NCBI GenBank assembly: GCA_050084515.1 | Contig: CM114271.1 | Coordinates: forward strand, 41,602,001-41,666,000 | Length of the DNA: 64,000 bases | Direction: 5' to 3' | Source of the DNA: Blasia pusilla | Lineage: Eukaryota | In this document: positions 25,816-39,682 of the stretch, piece after piece | Numbering within the stretch: the stretch's first letter is position 1 | Layout of the letters: each line of letters begins with the position of its first letter | Position numbers and translations under genes: made by a program | Notes under the pieces: model-generated | What the model was told of the DNA's origin: nothing | What the model saw: only the letters and a program-made list of their open reading frames with translations | Database searches by the model: none

Positions 25816-26228
25816 AGGGGTCACTATATAAAAGATTCTACATCACCTACGACGTTTTAGGATCTAGACCCCCTAACTTATAAGTGAAAAGCTTTTTTTC
25901 TCTCACTCTTATGTATTTTAAAGGAGTCATTTTTCATTTTTTATACCCCTAACATTCTTGAAGTAAAGCAATCACTTAAAATAAATAAGGCCTTGAAAGA
26001 AAAGAAAAGTACCAAGTTAAGTTAACATTCAACATGTTGTCCTTACACTATGATAGAGGGGGATTCAACCCCTAATGGAGCAAGAAGCTCAATTAGCCAA
26101 TGTGTCATCCCCCTACCCTACTCCCTCCCACTAACCTACTCATAATTCAACAGTTTCAAGTACACTCTAGGCACAATCCACAAAAATATTGAATCCAACA
26201 TGTCTCAAACAAAAAAATCTCACCAAGA

Positions 26229-27060
26229 TCAACTCACACTCTGAATGTATGTAGTCAAAGCATGTAAGTCAATTGAATCAAGTATATATATTCTATCTTG
26301 TACCCCATATTTCATTGTCAATTTCACATTAAAAATCATCATTTCAATATCAATCCATTGCACATCTATTGCATCATAAGTGAATAAGGTTTTGTTGCTA
26401 CCATGGCCTGAAGACTTGTACCAATTACACATGACACAAAAAATGCTTCCCTTCTGTCGAGGAGGAGGTACATGCATGTCCATGCCCTACGACATCATGA
26501 CCAATGCGTATTATTCTTTTGAATCATAAACACAATGCGCCCCAACTAATACGCCTTTTTTGCAACTCTTGCCTCCACTGCAAGTTGTGTCTCTTTTTCC
26601 TTCCTTTTCTTTGACTTTGTTGATCTTGTGGAAGGACCAACATCTGCTGTAGATTCAAAAAAAACTGCGATATCACTACCAACATCAACCAAGCAAGTTA
26701 GGTAATTAGGACCACGCTCCTTTCCCTTGCCAATAGTATAATATGTCTTTTGGGCTATTCAAGTTAGCATGTCCTTTGACATGAAAGGATTGCAAGAAAA
26801 TTGATTTACAAGGGTGGATTTATACATAATCTTACCCTCATAAGTTATAGTAGGCACTATTGCATGGGAAATCGCCACAGTAGTCAGTTTTGCTTGACAA
26901 CCACACTCACAAAGAGTTGCGAATTTTCAAGTATTTTGGAGAGCTCAAAGATTAACATATGATTGGCAACAAGCAGCAAAATTTGATTCACTGACACTCT
27001 ATACACAACTGTCCACAAGAGACGACATTGGTTTCAGCTTTCAACCACACATTTCATATT
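26229..27060 (-). mobile_element. Degenerate C-terminal part of a putative DNA transposase-like ORF
   Basis: Reads ITYEGKIMYKSTLVNQFSCNPFMSKDMLT*I...LVDVGSDIAVFFE...VMCNWYKS...FTYDAIDVQWIDIEMMIFNVKLT...IYILDSIDLHAL with stops. Resembles repeat-derived proteins I recall from mosses; family assignment uncertain. Confidence 0.4.
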
Positions 27061-27253
27061 GGAAAACCACGGGCGCAACTCAATACTACTATTGAGTGCT
27101 CGTCCGAGGTTGGTGCATGGTGGTTTCGTGGAGAAGCACACGATTGCACCGGAGAGATGGCAAGGAGAGGAAGATTTTTTGGGGGGCATTAGGTTACAAA
27201 TATCTCTCTTTCACGACTAAATTTGATCCCCCCACGATCAAATATGAATCAAG

Positions 27254-27390
<137 letters not shown>

Positions 27391-28189
27391 ACATGCTTAC
27401 TTGAATCAGCTTGAAAACAAAGAGGGTGGACAACAACAAGCCGACCGATGGTGAACCAACTTCAACAATAAGCCGAACCGATAGACATACACGAACGATT
27501 CAAGAGAAGCACAGCCTGTTTGTCTAAGGTTCTAATATCGCACGATGAAGATCCAACTGAAAAAAAAAAAAGCCTTGAGTTGCTTCACAAGTAGATGTTA
27601 GTTACCACGGATCAAAGAAAGCTTTTCAACATGTCGGCTATTCCTGAAGAACTCGACAGAGGATTGATCGGAGCTTGCTCGATCATCAAACCTCCCTACA
27701 ACCCACCTGCAACTTGCTTGCAAGCTACTCTTTTGAGTGGCAGTTGTTTGTCTTTCCTTGGAAGGTTTTTCCCAAAACCCAAACCCGATTCAAGTCTACT
27801 CGAGAGAAATAGTGGGAAAATGGTTAAGGTAGGAAACCATTTTGAAAAAACTGTCTTTTTCACTCTAAATTTCCCTACAAAGAATCAAAGAATTTCCTAC
27901 CTTAGGAGAATAATAATTATATAAAATTAAATTTGAAATAAATCTAAATAAACTTTATGCAAATATATATATTATAGATATTTTGTGAGTATTAATCCTC
28001 TCTTATGTGAACATCTTCCATGGAACGGTTACTAATATAAAGACCCTATTGTTCTTTTAAGAGCTCCATGGAATAAATTGAACCCTATTGTTCTTCCACA
28101 AAACTTAAGAAGTCTTCCGAGGGACGCAATTAAAAAACCCCTTACTTTGTCGCATGTGACGGGGCATATTTGTGGAATTAAGACCCCCG

Positions 28190-30720
28190 AGAGCGTAACT
28201 TTACTCCTTGATTCTTGCTGCAGCTTTGGCTGCCGAACCTTTGGTATGTGCGGCTCGACACACCAAGTCAAAATGTGTTGGATCAGCAACCACCACATCA
28301 CCTAGTGTCCAAAATCCACCTCCAGACATAACAAGATCCACTCTCCAACGAGAGGTTGCTTCTGTGGTTGAAGGTAGGACATGGAGTTGCTCTTGCCCAA
28401 CGGTGTATCTTGCAGTACGAGCCACCGATGCTACCGCCTCTCTAATGACATCTGTGTGGCCGTTCGTTCTCCATCATGTGCACATCGGAGAATATGGATA
28501 CCCTTGGCATCAATGGGATCCCCGCATACACAATTCGATACACCTAACAGAGAAGGATAGGGAAGTCCAAGACGTAACCACAAAGTTGTCAAAAATAAAC
28601 TTCAAGGAAGACAAAATGGAAGAATAAGAGGATTTGCAGTAAGCCACGCCCCCGCTCTAGTACCCACATATGAAAGCATACGAGCTCGATGAGTGTCAGA
28701 GGATGCTTTGGAGAGAATGATGGAAAAGTTTATTTGATGTAGATTCTTGGAGATATGCTCTTGAAGTCGATCAAACCCTTTCGTAATCAATTGATTGAAA
28801 GGGGATACAATTGCTTGTGTAGCAAGAGGAAGCAGAGCTTGAGTAGATATCATTTGTTGTTGAAATAACAAGTCCCCCTCCTCTATATGGGGATATGATC
28901 CATTAAGATAGGTGTATCTCCTAGGAGAAACCTTTAAGCCATAATCACTGCTACCAACGCCTTACTCCCCAAAAAGGATGGGGGAGCATATGCGACTATG
29001 GAGGACAGTCCCACCCCTCCAAAAGAAATAGGCAAGATGGCTGGTCATGAAGCCAAGACACCATCCTCTCCCTCAAAGATATTCGGGCCAAGAAGTTGAC
29101 CAAAAGTTGCCAAGATAGAAGCGTCAAAAGAGGCCGATCGATGTAAGAACCTTGAAGTGGGAGGAAAAGTGCCAAGAAGGTAGGAAGGACGTCGTCGAAA
29201 AAATTGGGAGAGAATCCCATAAGCCACTTGAGAATCCCCTAGATGAGGTAACAAATGAAGCCATTCCACGTCTTTCAAAAGGGCCTCATCCAAGAACTTT
29301 GAGACATAGTCAATGAAGGCAATTGGGACCCCAAGAACCCTAACCCCTTCAATATAGATGGGAAAATCATGAGTAGGTGGGGTGAATGTTGAGGGAATGC
29401 ATAAAGGAGACCATACTCCACATTTACTAGGTTGGACTTTAAGATTTAAGAAAGAGAGTTGCTCCACAAAATGGGTATAAGCAGTAACTACTTCACAAGG
29501 AGGACATATAATGTGAGTGTCATCAGCAATAGAAGGGAAAAGAAAATATGGAAATGCTTGCGCTGATGCTCGAAGGGCACAAAATTGGGCAATGGCAAAG
29601 AGTGGAGGAAAAGGATTTAGACTTTAAGATCACCTTGATATGTGCCACAAGCCGATTGTAGAATACTATATTCCCCATAAGTAGCATGATGAGAATAGAT
29701 AATGGGCGTATCATATGCATAGAAGGAGCGAACAAATGGAATGAGGCTCGCAAGTTGTCCTCCTGCACAACGTAGCTCCTCAAAGATGGCCTCACGAGAA
29801 ACTGAATTGAATGAGTTAGCCACATCGACTTTAATTCCTATCCAATATGGATGAATATCAAGAGTGGAGCGAATCCCATGCACCACAACCTTACAACCTC
29901 CAAGAGCTGCCACTCCAAATTGGTGAGGAAATAAGTGGGCACTAAAGTGAGGACAAAATTGCAAGCATAGGGATCGACTAACCAAGCGGTATAAAACCTC
30001 TCTAATAGCCAAGGGCGCACACTTGAAGGAGGCTTATCCATAGCCAACAAACGACAAGACCCTAAGAGCTTAGAGATAGAGAATGGGAGACGACATGCAG
30101 CCATATGTGCACACACCTTATAAAGAAAGAAAAAGCCACTTGTTGAATCTGTAGGGATAAAGAAATCGTAGAGATGCTAAAAAACCATCCCTGATAGCCC
30201 GCTTGCTGATAGGCGAGGAGTATGGAGAAAAGCCCTTGTGAAAACCTCCAAGTCAAGCTCCAAGTCAAGGTCCGTTGTATAGTCTTCCACAAAAGGTGGA
30301 GCATCGCCACTTGAAGGAGGGTGAAGAGCTTCTAAGAGAGCCACTCTTTCCGCACTTGGAACCGCCGGAGAAAGAGGAAACAATACTCAAGCTACATGTG
30401 AAAACTCACCAACCTGCCCCAAAAGTAGACTTCGTCGAAGACGTTGTTGTATTGAAGGTCTTCCATGGTTGGCATGTTGAGTGGGATAAGCCGCATCTAA
30501 GGCCTTTGCTAGAAGTACATACTCATTTTGAAGATTCTCCCAATCCCCAGAGATAAAGCGTTGAATAAGTGTGGAGGTTTCACGATGACCCGTCACACCA
30601 TCCCTTGGAGGGAGGACTAAAACCCATTGTGGGAAGAGTAATAGGAGATACCAAGCATTGATATATGTGGGATCACGCGCTAACCTTTCTAATGGGAAAC
30701 TTAAAGTGTATTTATACATG
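28190..30720 (-). mobile_element. RLE-type (CRE-clade-like) non-LTR retrotransposon, degenerate: RT, CCHC knuckle, restriction-like endonuclease
   Basis: Frameshifted RT: RLLAMDKP..VRP/AIREVLYRLVSR...HQFGVAALGGC...KVDVANSFNSVSR...GTYQGD...LFAIA...FPSIADDTH...LKVQPSKC...GVRVLGVPI. Then RARMLS..GTRAGAWL, a knuckle (C...PIDAKGIHILRC) and the RLE (RVDLVMSGGGFWTLGDVVVADPT...AAKAAARIKE). Confidence 0.88.
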
Positions 30721-31243
30721 TAGGAGAGAAGTCCTAATAACTATTCTTCCCCTTCCACTCTTCCCACCAAAATAGCATTCATTAACTAAATTCTTAGTTA
30801 ATTTTAATTAATGAAATCATTTTTCTTTTCCATTCAAATTAATTTTCCTTTCCCAAAATATCACATGTGAATTAATTTCATTATTTTTTTAAATAGTGAT
30901 ATTATTCATTTAAAATTTTAAATATAATTTCTGTTTTCCAAAATCATAGAAGAGTAATCACATTTCACCCTTCTAAGTAATTACAATCCTCCATTCAAAT
31001 TTAAATGATATCCCAATCTCCTAAGAAATTTTATCCTTCCATAAAATTTAAACAAAATCTATTCCTTCTTCATTAAATTTATTTTCCCTTTCCATAAAAT
31101 ATAAATTAAGACATAAATTCTAAATTTTTTGTTTTTTATTAGAATTATTCCATTTGATTAATATTTATAACCACCCATTATAATATTAATAAATTATTAC
31201 TTGATTAATTAAAATTTTCTATTCCTCTCGAATCCTTATCTAT

Positions 31244-31432
31244 TTTTATCATTTCTTTCATCTCTCTAATATGAATCAAATAACAAAATTCAAACATGTT
31301 ATCTATTTTGTGCTATTATCCCACTATCTTGTATCTTTGTTTAATTTTATCATTTCTATCCGTCAAATATGATTCAAATTAAAAAAATTCAAACATGTTA
31401 CCTATTTTATACTATTATCTCACTATCTTGTC
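31244..31432. repeat. About 100-bp imperfect tandem duplication in AT-rich DNA
   Basis: Two copies of ttttatcatttct...aaaattcaaacatgtta.ctatttt...ctattatc.cactatcttgt at about 31244-31332 and 31345-31432. Confidence 0.8.
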
Positions 31433-31743
31433 CTATTATGTATTAAATTAACTAAATGGAAAATTTTATAAATGGAAAATCCATCTTCATTAAATAATCT
31501 AAACTGTATGTATTTAAACATTGTAAATTCTTTCACTTTCTTCCATTTGTCTACTAAATTATATTTTGATTCATTTTTCATTACCCATCTAAGTCACCAA
31601 AATTGAAAACATTCCCTATTTCTCTCTCCTAGATACATGTAAGTGAAGATGGTCCCCGGCCAAGAAATGGTGAAGATGGTCCTTACAGAACAAGCTTTCT
31701 GATGGTACTTCGAATGGAAGGAACTATGGGAATATCCTTATGG

Positions 31744-32650
31744 AGCTCGGGCCCGTATTCGCTCTTGCTCCGAAAAGAGGGCAAGCTCATGGGTGGGGGC
31801 TCGTCTTCTCATCTCGGCTTTCCGCATCGCACCACTTACCTACACTACATCGATGCGGTTCCGACTGGGCCTGCCCCAACCATCGGTGTTTGGTTCGACA
31901 TATTGCGAGTGTCGCCGGAGTCGGGATCCGCTTGGTGTTCATTTGGCACGGTCTCTGGTTGGGGGTAAGAGGATAGCCACTCACGATGCAATGCAGGATA
32001 TTATGTTGTCTATTGCTCGGGAGAGTGGCTTCCATGTATAGAGAGAGAGAGACACTACTCCATGCGGGATTCCCTTATTCGTGTTGATCTCTACATGACG
32101 CGGGAGACTGAGGTGGTGGTAGGGGATGTTGTAGTGATGGATCCTACGCGGGAGGCGATGCGAGCCACAAGTGGTGGCACAAGGGAGATTGCTACAAGGA
32201 GCGGCGGCGGCGGCGGTCAAGAAGACCCACATTTATAGTCGACTTCATGACGGATATCGATTTATCCCCCTAGCCATTGAGATGTATGGGGCTATGGGAG
32301 AGAGGGTTTGACTCGTTCCTTACGGATTGCGCGCATCATCTCCAGTCGAGAAATGGGTTGTCCTTAGCCAGTGCGATACTTTATTGTAGGCAACAGGTCT
32401 CCATAGCTTTGCAACGTGCCAAAGGCAAATGAACTTTTGTTGTATTTGAGGCGATTAGAGACGCCAACGCTAGAAGCCCACTTAGGAGTAGCCATAGTTC
32501 TCTACATGTTATTGATATTGTCTCTACTATTAATGATTTTGGTCGTTAGTGGAGGAGGTCCTTGGAGGCCGGTATTGGTCTTTGGGTTTTTTTTCTCTCT
32601 ATGGCCCCTCGTTTGTATCCCGATGGATTTCCCATCCAATTTTCTATTTA
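31744..32650 (+). mobile_element. 5'-truncated CRE-like non-LTR retrotransposon (knuckle, RLE, 3' UTR)
   Basis: RARIRSCS...SSW, FRLGLPQP...YCECRRSRDPLGVHLARS, THDAMQDI...ARESGFHV, RVDL...VVVGDVVVMDPT...KKTHIY...YRFIPLAIEMYG...RQQVSIALQRAKA. Opposite orientation to the 28-30.7 kb copy. Confidence 0.85.
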
Positions 32651-35604
32651 AGTTTTATATTCGCCCTTACGTCCAGAACGGTTTCATCCACCGGGCGAAT
32701 TGGGCTCTCCAATCAGGGGAGACCCTAAACCCTACAGTCAGCTCCCGGTAGTTTCAGTCCCGGGACCGTTATTTTCCCGGTATTTATATACAGCCAGATG
32801 ATGATTATTTCGAATGGTACTTAATTCCGTCCGGCTATTTGGTACAAACTACAAACAGACCCTCTAATTCCAGTCCGTCTTAAATATTCGGAAAGGACAA
32901 AACGCTATTACGGCCAGGGCATCTCGTGACCCTTTCGCTTTCGAGTTCTCCCTACATGTGAGTGGAGATGAGATGGGACCGGTCATGTTAAGGAAGAAGG
33001 ATGAAGACACATCCATCGGCTAATGGCATGGGAATATGATGGGCAGAGAATGTACGATCACAACCGACAAACAAACATGCATCCATCTAGTCACCATAAT
33101 CATGGGCGCACAAATACGGTATTGTCATCCCGAGAAGAAAGCCGTTGAATAAGGAGTGGGGAAAAAAAAAACCTCCACATGCCAATCCGATAATAAAAAT
33201 GTGACACGGCATGACTTTGGCCCTAAAAGAACCGTCGCATTGCGAAAGCGAAAGTAGTGTGAAGTCCAAGGAGTGTTCTTATCTACTTTCGTGCTCGTGA
33301 TTAGTGGATGAGTGTTACTTGCTTGGTAGTAATAGGCCTTATAGGCAACGTCCGGGGAGAACCGGCGTTACGTGTTGAGCTGGCCGGTAGAATTTGAGAA
33401 TTGCTGTCAGTTACAGGCCAAAAACCGAGGGCTCTGGGAGGGTGTCCTTCGTATTCGTATCTGTTTAGCCGGCTGGAATGAAGAAAACTTTGAAAATTTC
33501 CGCCCGGGTTCGTACGGGTTGTCACGAAAAAACTCCCCGGACCCTGTTATAGGTCCTCGAACATAATGAGAAGATGGTGTCTTTAGCTGGACTACGTAAT
33601 TTCTTCCTTTTTCCATTTTCACAAATCATTCCCAGGATTTGTTTCGTCGAGGGTGGGAGACGAAACCACGCATGTCGCCTCGTGCCCGAATCAGCCATAG
33701 CCCTGAGAGAACAAGCACATGGGTAAAATAATCCTCTCGCTTCCATTTCCATTTTCTCGATGTTTTCATTTTTTCCTTTTTTTTCAGTGTGATCGGTGAT
33801 GATTGTAGACCACACCAGTCTCCCCGTGCTCGCACTGTGCGACAAGCCATGAGACGATGACATAAGGCACATGAGAGTCATCATCACCCATGTGGGGGTG
33901 TGGGTCTACAAGCACTTTGACCAAGAAAAATCGAAGAAAGAAAAACAAACACACGAAAACTTGTGAAGACATGGGCGTGACTCCTGTCAGCTTCTCGCAG
34001 AATCTGGCTCGATCCGGTCTCGAAAGAAGTGACCCCAAAGACGTTGCAGTGTTCTCCTCAAGATCTTGACCAAACTTTGAGATACGCGCCACACCTTTAT
34101 GTGGTGTGGTTTGGCATGGTGATCTTGTGAACTCTTTACTTGCCCAATCATGATGTTTGAAGCGTTTACCGTGGTGGCAAGGTTTTTCTTCTTTTGTTTC
34201 CACGCGAGAACAGCTACGATGTGATTTTTTCTTTTCTTTTTATCTCTTACTTGAAAAATGGAAAAAAATCGGTGTGGTGGAGTTAAAACTTGGAGGGTAT
34301 GTGGATAGATAAATGAGAGGGATGACGTATTGAATTTGGATATTTGAAATTATTTTTTTAAGTAAGTATTCTAGAAACGCAGGTTTTAAAACGGACTCCT
34401 TTGGCGTCCTTTAGACCTTGTGGGAAAAAGTAGACACCGATGTCCTCGAAGTTCGGGTTGTAAATATCATTACTTTTTATTTTTTTATTGTAAAATTTCA
34501 TCTCACGTCACCCTTATCTTATTCTTAAAATTTCCATCCCATTCACTTTTGGGAAGAATAAATAAATACGCCCCTTCTCCAATTTTTGGAAAAAAAAACT
34601 CCCACCACCACGAACCACACACACACACACAAAAGCCGGCACTCCAAACAAATAATTTTCTCCATTTCTCTTCCTTAAGATCCGAGTTCAATTTAAAGTG
34701 TGTTATTTTTTACATTAATGGAGATAAATATTTCAAAAATTTATCGTTATCCATTCCGCATGCGTATTATGAGTATACATACCATTACTAAACCGTTCCT
34801 GATTTTATAACCCAAAGCTCACACTCCACTTCTTCATAAGGGAAATCCTCCATTCCCCTCTCCTATTTTAGGTGTGGAGAGATGCGTTGCCCTCAATTTC
34901 AGAGAAAAACTATCGTTTTCTTTTTCTTGCTCCTCTTCCAAAATTGATCCGTAGAAGTAAAAGTTTGACATGTCAAAAAATTGGAAGGAAAAAAATTGGA
35001 CATGTCTGGAAAATGTGATGGTGTCATAAATATTCTCTATACTAACAAACAAATCAGATTGGATCACTATCCACTAAAAAATTGTCCTTAAAAGAAAAAC
35101 ACATTAGATTTTCTTTTGCAATTTTTGCATAGCTTCTAGATTATTTCTTTCCATAAAACTTCTTATCTTGTCTTGCGTAGGATATCGTGTCGCAATATGA
35201 GAAGAAGAGAACTTCATTCCCTAAGGGCATCTCCTTCTCATGAAAGATACGCTAATTTGGACAATTGGACTTCATTGACATCATCACAACACTTTAGTGA
35301 GAATTATGAGATTTCCTTCATGCAATCATACTAGTACATCATTGGGTCTCTCATGTAGGCCTTTCTTCATTGGATTTTTCTCTTTCTTTATTCAAGATCC
35401 AAGTATAAAACTTCTTATAATCATTCCAAATTTTGAGAGAGCAACATGAATATTGACAATGAAGAAGGAAGATATTTATTTTTAAGGAGATTGGCAATAA
35501 TATATAATTTTTTCGCTATCTCTATACCTACATGTGCTTTTACTATGTGCATATGTAGTTATTTTGTAATTTCTCGTCTAACATAAGCTCTTATGTAAGG
35601 TTCC

Positions 35605-35913
35605 ATATGGAGTCGTAGACAAAGTTCATGTCCGCGGACATGTTCATGTCCATGGATTTACGTCCGTTCTATGGAAGGACTTGTCCATGTGGGCCCCATC
35701 TTCCCCTTCTTTCTCATTCCCCCACTTGCCTACATATACCATACTTCCATGTTTCTTCCTCCCTGTAGCTACCCCCTCTCCCTTCCCCCTTATTGCCCCA
35801 CTCGACCTCGCCCTACTTTCCATCATGTACTATAAGTGTTGGCCACACCCTTTATAATCCATGTCCGTGTATATGTCTAAATTTTTCCGCCCATGTCTTT
35901 TTTTGCAACCATA
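35605..35913. mobile_element. MITE-like dispersed repeat, copy 1 of 3
   Basis: About 300 bp similar to 51288-51618 and 55205-55500 (gacaaagttc.tgtcc.cg.acatgt...cccactcg...tccat.atg.actat.agt...atccatgtccgt). Weak terminal inverted similarity; no ORF. Confidence 0.75.
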
Positions 35914-36368
35914 CTCTTATAATAATCCTACTATTTATTATTCTCTTCGTATATTTACAATTGTATAAAGTCTTGGCACAACATTCCATGATGTTTCCCT
36001 CTTCACATGAATTTGATGAGATTTGGTGTAGAGGTACCCAATGCCTTTTCACTTAGTCAGTGAGAGTTACTATAGTTATCTTTATTCTTGTGAACCATAA
36101 AAAAATGGTTAAGAACTTGGATTTCCCCTCTATCATGCTTGTATCTTTATGTGATGGTTAATTGGAAGCTTGTAACTAGTCTCCTTCTATCCCTCAACAG
36201 AGAGTTTATCGAGAAGCTAATGGAATGTCCTTCAAGTTGAGAGCATTAAAGAAAGGTAATAAAATTCCCAATGTAGAAACTACTAATCCTCCAAGGCTTA
36301 CACTGATGTGTGGCCACAACCATGAGCTAGCACGTGTAAACAAGAAGAATGAAAATATGCACAAAGAG

Positions 36369-36561
<193 letters not shown>

Positions 36562-37199
36562 CTATAGCCCTGTGGGGTCCCCGTGGACAATAAATCTATT
36601 CATTCATTCATTCATTCTCTCTGCCCATAAGCTCTTAGAAGTTTAGAAACTCCTCAAACAAATAAAAAGCCCCTTAGAGTTCAAAAACTCATAATAAGAG
36701 TGTTCTCTCTTCGTCGAGGAGAGGTGATCCGCACTCCTTGTAGAAGAGTCGGTTATGATATAATTCTAAGACTCTAGTAAGTGATATCTTCCCCTTACAT
36801 CCAAGACCAATAAGATTGAATCTACCTCGTCTCTTTCTCATTGGTTATGCAATTACCTTTCTTATATCTTTGTCATGTGTCATGTTATCCATTTGCACTA
36901 TCCTACATGCACCATATATCCTTATCTAAGATTCTCTTACTCGTATCTGCTCCTTATCTTCCACATCATCTCTTTATGCTTATGCAGGCCCCAATCCTCT
37001 TAATCCTTTTGGCCGAATCCTAAATAATGCACTTCTTTACTTAATTATCACTCTAACTTAGTCTCTACTAAATCCTATCTTATTATACATGTATCTCGCA
37101 TATAAGTCATTCACCAACCAATCACTCAAGTAAATCGCGAAACACCTCCACTATACTATTATCATTGATCTCTATTGTGTGAATCGACACCGCCAACTC

Positions 37200-39250
37200 T
37201 TTTGCAACTATGGAATTGTGCATAAGATGTTGAGTGGTGTGAGTATGTTGCTAATACACATTGACACAACCTCTACAACCTTCATGCGCTTCACCATGTT
37301 TGTCTGTGATCCATTTGTAAACTCCACCACATAGGTATCATATTCCTTATAAGTCTCTCAAAGCTCATTTTCCACGCCTACTAACATTGCTCTTACCCAT
37401 ATTATGTCTAAGACTTCTAATGATGATGAATTAAGATATCAATTTTCAGATGAGCCTTGATTATCGAGAGAAATTTGGATATCAAAGGTTGATTCCTCTC
37501 CTTTTATCCATTAACAAACCCTAAGAAAATAGAAACAAATTTTGCTATTGTCCACACATGTGAGGTGTGAGGGGGCACAAAGCCACATATATAGGAACAA
37601 GATGAACCCGAGGACCATTCCCAACTACTCCATAGGACATGCTTTCTAATTAATTGTTACAACCTTATATCCAAGGGAAGGTTACGGCCCTCTAGGAAGG
37701 TTTTTTTATCTACAATGATGATCACCAACTACCACTTCCTTTCTATTTCTTTGATTATCCCTAAAGCAAATATAATACATCATATAATGCAGATAGAATA
37801 CATCAGTGATTTCATATGCACTTTCAACACGGACTCATATTGGAATCATGTAGCAAGACTTTCTCGCGACATGGCAATGTTCCTCCACATGTGAAAATTA
37901 CACTCTATCTTCCAACATTCATGGCACTAACATGCGACAAGATTGTATGTTTGTTTCCACAAGCCTTGGCATAACACTCATACACTAAATTGGTTGGCCA
38001 TATATGTACCTATGAATTATAACTTCTTCCTTCTTGCCCATACATAGTTATATATATATTGAGACCTAGCATACTATTATGTATGTACTTCCACATTGAC
38101 CATTCATTCATAAACTTTCATTCTCTAACCAGCTTTCTTGACACTCACATGGTGATAATCACCACTCTATGGGAAATAAACCCACCACGCTATTGGTTTT
38201 CCCTTCTCTTCATGTGCTTCATAAAATGTCCAAAGTGCAACCTGAATCCTCTCTCCCTCAACTTGCAATAGCCATATGTCACCCCACAAGATATATTTTA
38301 CGTCCTCTCGTGTTAATCCTACTTGTTTGCCCGCGTAGAGTCACCCATAATTTATCCTTGCATACAAATTTTCCCTTGAATTCCTGACAAATTATAGTCA
38401 CTCTCCATGACATTCAATGCCTTGGCCCCTCAGATCTAGTCTTCAATGATTCTTACAAGGATTTTATAACTTCAAGACGATTATTACTCGACACTCCTAA
38501 TATAAAGCTTCCCATCAAAACTCACCCTCTATCTTATAAAAAAACATACATAAAATTTGATAAATCCCATTGCAATATGATTTTTGGGTACCCTCATAAA
38601 GTGACACTCACTTCTTGATCCCAACCTAATGCTCCATAATATCAACATGACTCTCACCTCCGTCTTTTGCAAGTCGAACACCATGTCAAGGGCCACTCCC
38701 TTCTTATCCTTTTTATATCCTATATTTTTTTCATTCAGGCATTTACCAACATTTATGACACTTCCCTCACCCATTACCCCTATAAACGTCAATAATTGCA
38801 TGCGGCTTTCTAGAACATCATAGCTAGCTAGGCACACTTCACCGTATTGATTTGTAAATCTTTCACACTTCCGCATACAAACATGTCACTCAATTGCACT
38901 TGTGCACCTTCAAGCTTTCCCATGCGCACTATATAGTGTACATGCTTAGGCACCTATAAATATTTTAATATTCTTCCATATATAATCACATTGATGCAAA
39001 ATTCAATGTGTCTTTCTCTTCAAGCAATATCAATTGGAACCCCTTCGATTATGCTCCCTCAATTTCCTGAACATAGAGAGCAAAACTCTCTACGATCGAC
39101 AAACCCCTTCATGCATCACCCAAAAAGAATGTTAATTTCTACACTCAACGTACACACCATTGATCTAAAAATATGTATGATTGGCACACACTTCACAATT
39201 TCATCCTCTATTCCTTTTGATTTCCAATGAAAACCAAATGGAAATTATAT
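37200..39250 (-). mobile_element. Highly decayed Ty3/gypsy pol remnants (protease-like and integrase-like pieces)
   Basis: Minus-strand fragments: QISLDNQGSSEN and YVVEFTNG (protease-like); MRKCER, YAGKQVGLTREDVKYILWGD and KIECNFHM (integrase-like). Many stops. Confidence 0.4.
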
Positions 39251-39682
39251 CATTATTTGATTATATTGAAAAAAAATCAAGCCAATCCCACCCTTATTGC
39301 AATGGAATTTAGGTCTCTAGCACATCAACATCACCTACCCTATCCTATGTTTGGAAAACTCAACTTGGGAAAGATTAACCTCTCCAAGCCTCTCCTTGGG
39401 GTATGCCCCTCAATCTTAAGGTCCCAACACTCCAAGAAGTCAATCTATGCATACATGTCAACGAACCTTGCACAATAGCTTCCCCAAAAATCAAAAAAAC
39501 TTTTATAAACCTCCAAGAAAATTCCCAAAGGGTGACGTATGCACATGTCACCCTTAGGGTAGATCATCGAGGGAGGCCAACAGATCACTCCACATATAAC
39601 TACACATATCATTGTCATGCACGTACACATCTCTCCATAATCCACATCGCTAGTCACATGTACATACCAGACACAATACCGA

